NCBI GenBank assembly: GCA_000004985.1
Contig: GG738877.1
Length of the DNA: 64,000 nt
From: Naegleria gruberi
Taxonomy: Eukaryota
Strand: one strand, 5' to 3'
Shown here: piece by piece, positions 33,363 to 43,842 of the stretch
Layout of the letters: every line of letters begins with the position of its first letter
Position numbering within the stretch: the first letter of the stretch is position 1
Position numbers and translations under genes: made by a program
The notes under the pieces: model-generated
Databases searched by the model: none
What the model saw: the letters and a program-made list of their open reading frames with translations, nothing else
Told to the model about the DNA's origin: nothing

Positions 33363-35604
33363 ATGATCGGACACAACCAACTCAGACGTTTATCAATTCT
33401 TGCCAATCATTTGTGCAGTGGTTTTGATGTAAATAATCAAAGTAACATCATAGAAGAAAATAGTACAAGTGGTGGAGGAAGAATTTATGATCCAACACTT
33501 AAAACACCTCCTACCATCAAAACAAGTTTTTCCCTCACTCAACAAGATGTACATTCAATTGCCAATAATTTATTAAAACCTGATTATGTAGAATTGAGAC
33601 AAAAATTATTGGATTACTTTACAAAGAATCAAGACTATTTTAAAATGTATTCTGGTTATGATGCTAAATTGGAAGAATGTAGACAAAAATCACATGATAG
33701 AGCATTGAAAATTCTCTCTCAAGAATTTGTTTCTCCAATTGATATTTTGAAAGATCCATTGAAAATTTCTCTCTTTTTGAATTCAATTCCAACTGATGTT
33801 AGTAGCTTGGTTAAATTGTCAGTCCATTTCAATTTATTTGGTGCTTGTATTGCTCACTTGGGTACAACTGAACAATTAGATAAATGGTTGGGTCCAAACA
33901 GTACATTCTCAAAGGAACTTGGTTGTTTCCTCATGTCTGAATTGGCTCATGCAAGTAGGTGATCTTTCAATTTAATATTTTTACACTAATCATCTTTTAA
34001 CAGGTAATGTTAGACAATTGGCAGTTACTGCTACCTATGATTCTTCAAGAAATGAATTTATTATTAATACTCCTGATGAAGGAGCCCAAAAGTATTGGAT
34101 TGGTAATGCATTCAAGAGTGCAACAAGTGGTGTTTTATTTGCACAATGTATTGTTGATGGTGTTAATCATGGTATTCACTCATTTGTTGTTCCATTAAGA
34201 GATCCAAAGACTATGAAGGTTTATGATAACATTTTAATTCGTGATGTTGGTATCAAGATGGCTTTGAATGGTATTGACAATGGTATGGTTGCATTCAATA
34301 ATTATAGAATTCCTGCATCCAATTTACTTGCCAGATATGCCAAGATTAATAATGGAAAATATGAAACAACCATTAAGAATGAAAATGTCAGATTTGCCAA
34401 GCATATTGGAGCTCTTCTTCAAGCTCGTTTAGGTGTTGGTAGTGGATCTATTAATGCTTTACAAATGGCTTTAATTGTTGCAATCAGATATGCACATAGA
34501 AGAGAACAATTTGGTCCACCAAAATCAAATGAATGGAAGTTAATTGAATACAAGACTCACCAAATGAGATTACTTCCACTTTTGGCTGAATCATATGCTT
34601 ACAATTTCTTCTCTTCATATTGTATGAAGAAATATGAAGAATATATGAAGAGTGGATTTAAGGAAGAATTATTGAAGAATTTGCACTTGCTTGCTTCTGT
34701 TTCTAAGGTTGTTATATCTTCAAGAAATTTGGATATTATTCAAGAATGTAGAGAATCATGTGGTGGTCAAGGTGTTTTAACTAGAAACCTTCTTCCAATT
34801 CTTAGAGTTGACTCTGAAGCCAACGTTACTTTGGATGGTGATAACCACTTGTTGTTATATCAAATCTCTGGTGTATTGTTGACTGAATATGCCAAACAAT
34901 TCAAAACATTACCAAATGTCAAGAATAATGTATTTATGTCAGCTTTGACAAATATTGTTGGTCCAAGTGTTGATGCTATTAACTCAATTTATATCATTGG
35001 AAAGGAAGGTGTTAATGATTTCTGGAGAAATGGATTACTTACTCATTATGCTAACACTTCAAAGGATCATATCCTTTCCAAAGAATTCTTGATGGGTGCT
35101 TTGCAATACAGAGAAAATAGACTTGTTCACACTCTTGCTTCCAAGATGTACAAATTGACTGAAAAATATAAGAGTTTAAATAATAACACTCACACAGCTC
35201 AATACCTTGCCCATAATGAAGCATCAACTCACAGTCTCAATTGTGCTAAGGCTTATTGTGATAAGATTATTGGTCAAATTTTCTTTGAACAACTTGATTC
35301 TATCAAATCATCCATGGGTGTCTATAGCAATGTTTACAAAATCATGCAAACAATGTGTCAACTCTTTGTCTTATCCATTATTGCTAAGGATCCATTCTTC
35401 TTAGCCAAGAAGGTTGTTGGAGCATCCAAATTCAAAGCAATTAAAAAGTTGAGAGAAGAATTGGCCACAAGTTTAGCTGGAAACTCTTTACAATTGATTG
35501 ATGCCTTTGCTATTCCAGATTTTGTTTTGGATGGCTCAATTGGTGCCAGAAATTTCCATTACATTACTTTGAATGGTTACAATCATGAAATTCAAGATAT
35601 GTAA
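33363..35604 (+). CDS. Acyl-CoA oxidase (peroxisomal-type), 2 exons
   Basis: Exon 1 at about 33363..33954 and exon 2 at about 34004..35604, joined by a 49-nt GTAGGT...AACAG intron. The junction restores ELAHASNVRQLAVTATYD (TELGHGTHLRGLETTATYD in ACOX1). Downstream ACRESCGGQGV-type motif (CRESCGGQGVLTRN), IAIRYAHRREQFG and acyl-CoA oxidase C-terminal helices. Confidence 0.85.
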
Positions 35605-35747
35605 AATAGAGTATTTATTCCCTCACAAAATCATCCAATTAAAATGCAATCTTGCATGATACTATTATCTCTGAAATTTACAGCAGCTGATACTAATAGC
35701 GCTTTAAATATTCGTTAAAAGCACTTTTAATTTCCTCTTAAAATAAA

Positions 35748-36983
35748 ATGCCCTCATCAGTTAAAAGCGTTTCCTCAACAAAGACGCCAAGGACGACAAC
35801 AAAATCGCCCGTTCAGAAGGATCCAATGGAGGAAATCTATAAGGATCCAAAGAAATATCAAGAATTTTATAACGAATTATTCGATAAATTAGATACAGAG
35901 AAGAGAGGATTTGATGAGTGTTCGTTCGTGTTCCTTAATACAAAGAGACCTCTCGAACCTATCATTTCTCTGCAAACATCAACAGAGGAATTATTCTATG
36001 GATCCTATGATGGTCCAATTAGATGTTTTAGTACAACTAACGGGAAAAGAACACAAACTCTAAGAGGACACAATTCTCTGATATCATCTCTTGAATTGGT
36101 TCCTAGGGCAACAGTATCAACTATCTTGGGATTGGAAGAAGATGATATCGAAGAAGAACAAACTGAAGATGAGAAGGAATTAAAGTCAAGGAATGAATTA
36201 GTTTTATTTAGTGGATCAAGGGATGGAGATATCAGATGTTGGGATTTGAAATCATCAAAATGTGCCAAGAAAATGTCATCACCAAATGGAGCTCCCATAA
36301 CAAGTATGAAGGTTTGTTTAAGGAATAATGATAGACCATTCTGTGCTAGTGGAGCTCTTAATGGAGATGTTTCGTTGTGGGATTTGGAAAAGGGTGTTAT
36401 TAGTACAGTTTATACTGGACATGCATCGAATGTTTCCTCAATTGATTATGCAGATACGAAATTGTTCAGCTCAAGTTTTGATTCTTTTGTAAAAATTGTG
36501 GATGTGGAAAAAGAAGAAATTGTATCAGTATTAAGACCAAACCAACAACCTATTAGATCAATATCAGTGAGTGGTAACGATCTATTTGTTGGTACTTCAA
36601 CAGGTGTAATTTATCAATATGATTTAAGAAATGGACAAGTGACTGGTTCGTTTAAGGGGCATGCGGATAGTGTTCTGTGCACTAGAATTTATGATGCAAA
36701 CTATCTCTTATCTGGTTCTGAAGATTCATTTGTTGTTTTGTGGGATATTAAAACAAAGGAAATGGTTCACGTATATGGAGGACACAAAGATTGTGTTACT
36801 GCCATCTCAATAACTGACCAAGATAAAAGTGTCTACTCAGGTTCATTAGATAAAACCATTAGAAGATGGGGCGCAAATAGTGCTATTCAACTTGTGCAAA
36901 AAGAAAGAGAATTAATTGAACACAAGAAACGCTTAGAAGAATTACTTGCAAAATCACGAAAGCCTGCTGCCAACACCAGATAA
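35748..36983 (+). CDS. WD40-repeat protein
   Basis: 411-aa ORF with about 7 WD-like repeats (LRGHNSLISSLE..., SGSRDGDIRCWDL, GHASNVSSIDYA, GHADSVLCTRI..., GHKDCVTAISI...WG). Confidence 0.7.
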   Translation: MPSSVKSVSSTKTPRTTTKSPVQKDPMEEIYKDPKKYQEFYNELFDKLDTEKRGFDECSFVFLNTKRPLEPIISLQTSTEELFYGSYDGPIRCFSTTNGKRTQTLRGHNSLISSLELVPRATVSTILGLEEDDIEEEQTEDEKELKSRNELVLFSGSRDGDIRCWDLKSSKCAKKMSSPNGAPITSMKVCLRNNDRPFCASGALNGDVSLWDLEKGVISTVYTGHASNVSSIDYADTKLFSSSFDSFVKIVDVEKEEIVSVLRPNQQPIRSISVSGNDLFVGTSTGVIYQYDLRNGQVTGSFKGHADSVLCTRIYDANYLLSGSEDSFVVLWDIKTKEMVHVYGGHKDCVTAISITDQDKSVYSGSLDKTIRRWGANSAIQLVQKERELIEHKKRLEELLAKSRKPAANTR

Positions 36984-36998
36984 AAAAGTTATTTGGTT

Positions 36999-38584
36999 TT
37001 ATTTAGCCAATTTGAAAAAGTTGGATGGAATGAGGCCTTGAGCTCCCGAAGAATTTTCACCAATAAACCAACCATCTGTGTTAACTTCTACTACTGTTAC
37101 AATTTCTCCTGCTTTGAAACTAATTTCTTGATCATCTTGAGCCTCATAGTCATATTGAGCTACAACCTTTGATCCCTTATTAATAGTAAGTAAATCCTCT
37201 GGTATTATTGAACCTTGAGTTTCTTCCACAAAGTTTGAAGGGAACAAACCAGTCATTCCACTATTATTAATACCTAACCACCATCCGTCGTCATTCATGG
37301 CAAGTACATTAATATAATCACCTTCCTTGATTGTAAGTTCACCTTCATCAGCCGCATCATAACCATATATACAGGTAACAGTCTTGATAACCTTTGTTGG
37401 AATTTCTTCTTCAATAGGTTTAGCAGTTGTTGTGGTTTTTTTAGGTTCAGTTGATGCATTGGTTGAAATACTGCTAACTGGAGGAGGTTGATTAATAGTT
37501 GTTGTTGGTGGTGGTGTTATTTTAACACTTGAAACAGAAGTAGTGCTACTGGTACCAACAGGGCTAACAGGAGATGAAACAGATCCATTCATTGTGGAGA
37601 ATCTCTTCTTATTAAGTTCATCTGGAATCTTAATAACATAAGGTTCAAATTGATCAGGAGCAGGTGGTCTACTGCCTGATCTAATACCACCAATAAATGT
37701 TTGAATTTCTCTTTCCTCATTCATTGATTCAAAGCTTTGTTCCATGTAATCTGATTGAGCTGTAGTACTCTTTCCGATAGCAAAGTTCATTTTAGCAAAA
37801 CGAACAAGCAAATCTTTCATTTCATTACATCTCTTTCTATCCAAAGCTTCCAAGCTTGCCATAAGAGCACCTAACTTTGCATAGTATTGTTGATCCATAT
37901 CATGTAATTTCCTAATAGCCAAATCATAATCTTCTTCAGCTTTTTTAGATCTCTTTTCATAAGTATTAACTTCCTTATTTAATTTTTCCAACTTTTTTGG
38001 TGGCATTGCATTGTCACTATAAAGAGTGAGTTGCAATTCTTCCAAGTGTTTCTTTTCTTCTTGGTCTTTTTGTTTGGCTTGTTGAGCATCATGTCTAGTA
38101 TTGTTTAGGTCCGATCTCAACTTTTTCTCCTCCTTGATTGCAGCTTTAATTGATTTAGAAAGTTCCTTTCTTAAAGCTGTAATTTCCTTGAATAAATTTT
38201 CAGATAAATCTCTTGATGAATCAAGATATTGATTACCAATAGTTTGCAAACCGGTTGCCATTCTATCAAAAGGTTCCCCAGTTTCACTGTTGTTTATGTG
38301 ATTATTGTGATGGTTAAAATTCAAAATCAAATTGAATTTTAGAGAATTACATACAATGAATTCTTTTCGGTAGTGAGTTTTGTTTTAGACAACTTTTTAC
38401 CGATTGTTTCATAGAGACTAGCTGTCTCTTTAATTAAACTTTGGAATTGTTTTACATCAGCTTTGCTCACCACCAATTTCTCTGCCAATTCTGTGAATTT
38501 ATCCCACAAATCGACTTTGTACGAATATGAAGTTGTGATCGCAACTGCAGATGGAGGCAGACCAGATAGATCGGTTGTGCTCAT
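36999..38584 (-). CDS. F-BAR (FCH) domain protein with two C-terminal SH3 domains (Bzz1/Nwk-like); 2 exons
   Basis: Exon 1 at about 38348..38584 (FCH start: KVDLWDKFTELAEKLVVSKADVKQFQSLIKETASLYETIGKKL). Short GTATGT...AG intron. Exon 2 is 36999 to about 38290 with coiled-coil F-BAR helices and two SH3 domains (CIYGYDAADEGELTIKEGDYINVLAMNDDGWWLG...FPSNFVEE; VVAQYDYEAQDDQEISFKAGEIVTVVEVNTDGWFIGE...IPSNFFKL). Confidence 0.75.
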
Positions 38585-38842
38585 TTTTTTGTTGTGATGA
38601 TTTACTTGTTGATTTTAGACGAGGAAAGATTGATGATTTGTTGTTGTCGTGAAAGAAATTGCTGCTGCTGTTATTGGGTTGGTTTGTTATCCTCAGTGGT
38701 ATGAAATGGATGGTTGTTTGGGGCAAAAAAAGGATTGAGGTGGATGTGTTTTTTTTTGAATTGTCATATCTCGTTTGACTGTAATTTTGGCGGCAGCAGA
38801 GAGAATCAGGTTCATTTGACGATAAAATAATAAGTAAAAGGA

Positions 38843-38931
38843 AGGGTGGTACGTGGATCGAACACGTGACCATCGGATGTCTGCTGCAAATAACATTGCA
38901 ATCCGGTGCTCTACCGCTGAGCTAACCACCC
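38843..38931 (-). tRNA. tRNA-Cys (anticodon GCA) with a 17-nt intron 3' of position 37
   Basis: Reverse complement reads GGGTGGTTAGCTCAGCGGTAGAGCACCGGATTGCAA[TGTTATTTGCAGCAGAC]ATCCGATGGTCACGTGTTCGATCCACGTACCACCC. 7-bp acceptor stem, T-loop TTCGATC, anticodon loop UUGCAA|A, U73 discriminator (the eukaryotic Cys identity element). One A-C mismatch at the top of the anticodon stem makes the anticodon assignment moderately confident. Confidence 0.6.
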
Positions 38932-39192
38932 TGTTGATGAATGCAAAATATACCTACACGCTGTCTACTCTAAATCATTGAGTTGTTTGATTGTTATTGA
39001 GATTATTGAGATATTATGATGTCTACTAACAGTAACACTTTCAAGTTCAAAATAATACAATTTGGTTGATAAGTAAAATACTTGTTGTATTTATTATTCA
39101 AAATTGTGGCGGTTTACTCAGATTGGGAAGGAATTTAAAAGATATATTATTTACAATTGGTTGGGGATTGGAAGAATGATAATGTTAGAAGA

Positions 39193-40311
39193 CTAGTGTT
39201 GGTGCATTTGAAGTGCTTGCTTTTCAATGAAAGAGTTAACCAAATAGTTAAAATCAACGTTAATTCTATAAAATCTAAGTAATGATTTTGCTTTCTGTTC
39301 TCTCTTCATTACTTTTCCATTTCTAGAGTTTCTCTTCTCGGCAAAAATTGTTATTGTACTCTTTTTCATTGCACAACATTTCAGTCTATTTTCCTTAATC
39401 AATAAATCTCTATCATATTTACCAACAACAATATGATGATGTTGATTAAAACACAATGATCCATTCTTAATAGGTTCAGAGTTTTGAATTTGTCTAGAAA
39501 TCTCTTCTGATTTTTGAATCTCAAATGTTGATGGTTGGTGAGTTGGATTTGAACTAGTTTGGGGAGAGTTATCAATTTTAAGAGTGACGTTTGGTTGATT
39601 GTTTTCAAATATTTGGAGAGAGTGGTTGGAATGAGAATTTTGTAGGATGGAATGGAAATCTTCTTCTAGAGAGAGTGATTGATTAGTTTCTTCATCATCT
39701 GACATGTCAGAAACCGAGTCATCATCATCTTCTTCTTCATCTTCTGGTATTTCTTGAAAGTGTTGTGGTTCAATAACTTCATATGGATTAAAGCTAGTTG
39801 TTTCTTCAGTTGTTTGAGGAGCTAAACATTGAGAAATCTTCATATGTGACTTGATCATTTGAATTCTCCCAAGAGTTGTATAGTAATTATTGTCACCATT
39901 TTCATTGGCAAGATATTCTTCACTATTCATATCTTCAATTAATTTTTCAGTTTCCTTTACAATATCTGAAACATGAGAGCAAAATACCTCATTATCTTGT
40001 CTTTTAAGATCTTGCAATGGGTCACTTGAAACAGTTCTTAATAAATGTTGGACATATCTGGATCTCAATTCAACAATGAATTGATAAAGATGAGGTTTAT
40101 GAACCAATGACTGTAATGGAATTGAAAAGAGTCTATCCATTGGTACTCGGAATAAGCGTTGTTGTTCTTGTTGATGTGAATGGAGGTGGGAATGTTGAGT
40201 TGTTGGTTGATGATTAACTACTCTACAGTGAGGAGTTGTTGTTGTATTGTTAGGAGTTGCTGTTTGAATAGAAGGTTGGGCTGATGATTGATTCATCTTT
40301 ATGTACAACAA
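39193..40311 (-). CDS. Hypothetical acidic protein
   Basis: 372-aa ORF. His/Gln-rich N-terminus, acidic run (EDEEEDDDDSVSDMSDDEE). No recognisable domain. Confidence 0.4.
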   Translation of the reverse strand: MLYIKMNQSSAQPSIQTATPNNTTTTPHCRVVNHQPTTQHSHLHSHQQEQQRLFRVPMDRLFSIPLQSLVHKPHLYQFIVELRSRYVQHLLRTVSSDPLQDLKRQDNEVFCSHVSDIVKETEKLIEDMNSEEYLANENGDNNYYTTLGRIQMIKSHMKISQCLAPQTTEETTSFNPYEVIEPQHFQEIPEDEEEDDDDSVSDMSDDEETNQSLSLEEDFHSILQNSHSNHSLQIFENNQPNVTLKIDNSPQTSSNPTHQPSTFEIQKSEEISRQIQNSEPIKNGSLCFNQHHHIVVGKYDRDLLIKENRLKCCAMKKSTITIFAEKRNSRNGKVMKREQKAKSLLRFYRINVDFNYLVNSFIEKQALQMHQH

Positions 40312-41629
40312 GTTAGGATTTGAAAATGTATGAGGAGGACTATTAGAAATGCAATAAAAATAGCAGTATAAATTGTCGTCTTGTATATTCGCTTATTATT
40401 TGTAGCAGCGTTAGATGTTGTGCTATTTCTTTTATATTGGATGATGATGGAGATTTGATTGAGAGAAGAAATAGCCAACAAAAAAACCCAGAGAATCGAA
40501 CATTTTGACAAAATGGGAGAATATGAGCACAAAAAGCATCACCATCATCTGTGATACCGTTGGCAAGGTGCGAAAAATACTTTCAAGAATTTGTGACTGC
40601 TATTTTTAAGAGAGGATCAACCTGAAAGGAGACAAAAAGCGTTTGAATGAAAAATTGCCCCAGAATCATCTCTAGCAATAAAAAGAGCACGAGCTTGATA
40701 AATTTGATCTTTTTTCTTACACTACAAAAAAGTACATATTTTGTTCCTCAGTTAAAGTTTCTGTTGAATAATTGAACCTCTTCACTACTGTTCTCTTAAT
40801 AAATTGTTTGTTGTATTAAATCCTCAAGAACTCATTCATTTTAAAGAATCACAGGTTAATATTAAGAATCGTTGCTTTATTACACAACCTCTCTCTTTAT
40901 TTAGTACCACGGAATGAGAGAGGAAGGTTGACCTCAAAAAAGCTATTCGGGTGCTTTGAAAAAATTATCCTACCGGAAGTTAATAGTCCTCAACACCATT
41001 GCCGAAACTGTCGCAATTATTCGTTAAATTGAAAAAGAAGCGTAAGGGTTACCCAATAATGAAAGAAAGTTGCGATTTACAATAAAAGTTGAATGGGTTG
41101 TATAAAATATTCAGTTTCAATTACAAATATTCAAATTCAATAATTCTGAAATGAAGATTTCAATTAGAACGTAACCTATTTACTTGAACAGAGAGAAGCA
41201 TCAACAGATGTTTTAAACTGAGGAATGATGGATTAGAATCTGGATTGGGATTTAAATGAATTTAGAGAATTAAATTCCTCAACTCTGGTCGGTTGATTTA
41301 CCAATATTGTTTGCTGAATTGAGGTTACTTTTTTGGCTTTTTCGGTACATAATAATGTTTTGGTAATTTGCTAAAAACACCATATCTAGAACTTGTTTTT
41401 GGAACTTAAACAACCCAAAATAAAAGTTTACAAAATATTCAAACCAACAAATTATACAAAAGGAATACTGTTTGTAATTGTTATAGTTGATCTTATTGGA
41501 AGTTAACAGTAGATGGATTACAATAATTACATTAGCTTTATTTTCTTTATAAATTTGAGAATTTGAAAAGAATTGGGATTCATTTGTATTTATTTACATT
41601 ACAAGTTGGCTATTATTTACATTGATATT

Positions 41630-43204
41630 TTAATCAGTATTATTTCCATTGTTTGAAGGAGTGTCCTCAAAATCAGCTTCTGTGTGATAGTAGTAACATT
41701 CATGACCGAATGGGCAATTAACTCCAAATCTGCATCTAATACTCTTCAATTTCTTACGACTTTGTTCATCAATTTTCGACTTGTTTTTCAAGTGAATGTT
41801 TCTGCACTTGTCACCAAACTTACATTCACCTTTTTTGAAAAATTGGCATACTTGTTGAACCGTTTGATTGGAATTGTTACTGTTTGGAGTGTTTGTGGCA
41901 CATGAATTATCACTGGCCATAGGAAGTGCACCATTTGAGGAAGGGTTTTGTTGTGGTAGGGAAGGAGAATGTGGAATACTGCTTCCAAAATTAATAACAG
42001 TAAAGGAAGATTTGGATTTAACCTGTGGCTGTTGTTGTTGTTGAACTCTTGTGTGAGAATTGTGTGTTTGTGGAACAATTAAAGTAGTATTCGAATGAAC
42101 AAACGGACAATTTTCAACTTGACAACCTTCAGGTGAGTAATAAAATCTGCAAAGTTGTGCAGAATCATCCTGTTGAGTAGTGTTAGGAGATAAAGTTTGT
42201 TGTTGTTGAAATAATTGGTAACCAACACCATTCATTTGAGCCATTCCAGTAGGACATGATTGTGAAAGAGTTCTTCTATTAACTGGTGTTGCAGTATTTT
42301 TGAAAGCTTGTTGAGGATGAAGATAACGATCCACACTGGTAGCTCTTTGATGAAATTGGTTTGTTGGTCTTGGTTTGAATGTGGTAAGGCTATTGGAATG
42401 GAATTGATCATCCTGATTATTCTCATCAGATAAAACTTTATCAACAACAGAACGAACAAACATGTTATCAATAGGATTGGATGAGGTCATATTGTCAATC
42501 TTTGATTCATTAAATGAATTTGCGTAGGAAGAAGTCGAAAGTGAAGAACCAAATTGGCTACCTCCAAATAAACCAGGTGAAGAAGCAAGTGTTAAATCAT
42601 CCATGGATGAGGATAACTCATTCACAAATAATCCTCCACTGTTACAACTTGTTGAATAAGATTGTCTTGCATATTCACCAACATCATCCCAACTCATTGG
42701 TCTAGAATGAACTATTGGTCTGGTTTGAGTTGCACCACTTTTAGGAGTGCTAAAGGTATTAATGGTTTGGTTATTATCATTATTAGTATTAGAACTAGTA
42801 ATGGTAGGAGTAAAAATGTTAGGTTTTGTGTGGGAAGTATTTAAACTGCCATTAATAGGATGTGGATTAGGAGAAGAACCATAGTAAAAGTTAGGAGGGC
42901 TTCCCATTGTACTTGTAGAGTGAGCAGAACTGAATGATGAACCGAGATTGCTCAATGCCAATGAGGATGCAGATGAAAAACTGCTAGAAGTATTACTAGA
43001 GTAACTGGAAGCAAAATTTGAACCACTGTCCGATACAGGGGTGCCATATTGTTGTTCATTCTTGAATTGTTTAAATGAATTATTAAAATTCATAGGATGA
43101 ACGCTTGTTGTTTGATAACTCATACCGAGTAAATTTTCATCCTGTTGTTGGGGATGATGATAAGAATTGTTGAAATGCTTCTTGTTTGAGTAGGGAATAT
43201 TCAT
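41630..43204 (-). CDS. CCCH-type zinc-finger protein (three C-x-C-x-H fingers), Ser/Asn-rich
   Basis: CRFYYSPEGCQVENCPFVH, CQFFKKGECKFGDKCRNIH and CRFGVNCPFGHECYYYH near the C-terminus. Long S/N/T-rich low-complexity N-terminal region. Confidence 0.7.
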   Translation of the reverse strand: MNIPYSNKKHFNNSYHHPQQQDENLLGMSYQTTSVHPMNFNNSFKQFKNEQQYGTPVSDSGSNFASSYSSNTSSSFSSASSLALSNLGSSFSSAHSTSTMGSPPNFYYGSSPNPHPINGSLNTSHTKPNIFTPTITSSNTNNDNNQTINTFSTPKSGATQTRPIVHSRPMSWDDVGEYARQSYSTSCNSGGLFVNELSSSMDDLTLASSPGLFGGSQFGSSLSTSSYANSFNESKIDNMTSSNPIDNMFVRSVVDKVLSDENNQDDQFHSNSLTTFKPRPTNQFHQRATSVDRYLHPQQAFKNTATPVNRRTLSQSCPTGMAQMNGVGYQLFQQQQTLSPNTTQQDDSAQLCRFYYSPEGCQVENCPFVHSNTTLIVPQTHNSHTRVQQQQQPQVKSKSSFTVINFGSSIPHSPSLPQQNPSSNGALPMASDNSCATNTPNSNNSNQTVQQVCQFFKKGECKFGDKCRNIHLKNKSKIDEQSRKKLKSIRCRFGVNCPFGHECYYYHTEADFEDTPSNNGNNTD

Positions 43205-43842
43205 GATGATGTGTGATAAATAATAAAATTAAAAAAAAGATGATGCTACTCTCTCCTTTCGTTCGAAACTGTTAACTATATTAAAGAGAAACTATTGTTT
43301 CGAAAGGTTGCTCCACAAGAGAACAGAGAGATCAAACCAAGAATTGCAAAGTCGAGTTTTATGAGAGAGAATTTTTTTCTTCTATTCTTTTTGTTTTGTT
43401 GTGTTGTGAGTGCGCTCTTCTTTAAAGAAAAAGAAGCGCTAAACAACTTAACCCGCCAAAAAAGAGAAACACACGTTGAATGCAGTGAAAAGATATCAAA
43501 CGTTCTCCCTTAAGGTTTGTGATTGATGAAACATTATTAATAATAAATTTTGTCACATATGTCAGGAAAGGGAGATGTATTTCCATTTGATTAATGTTAT
43601 TTTTAGTTAATTAATGATTGGGTCTGTTTTTCTCTTTATTGCAATTTAAAATATGTTGTTGATCAATAAATTGGTAGTGTATTTTCCATTGGTCAATAAC
43701 GAGTAAACAAACTGGAAAGGCTGCTAATAAACAAACCTTTCAGCTCTTTAAAATATTGATGATCTCTTGCTTGTTGTATTAGCAATTTGATCGCAAAAAT
43801 ATTGTCATTCTTAGAAATTAAAATTTAAAAAAAATATTTTAA

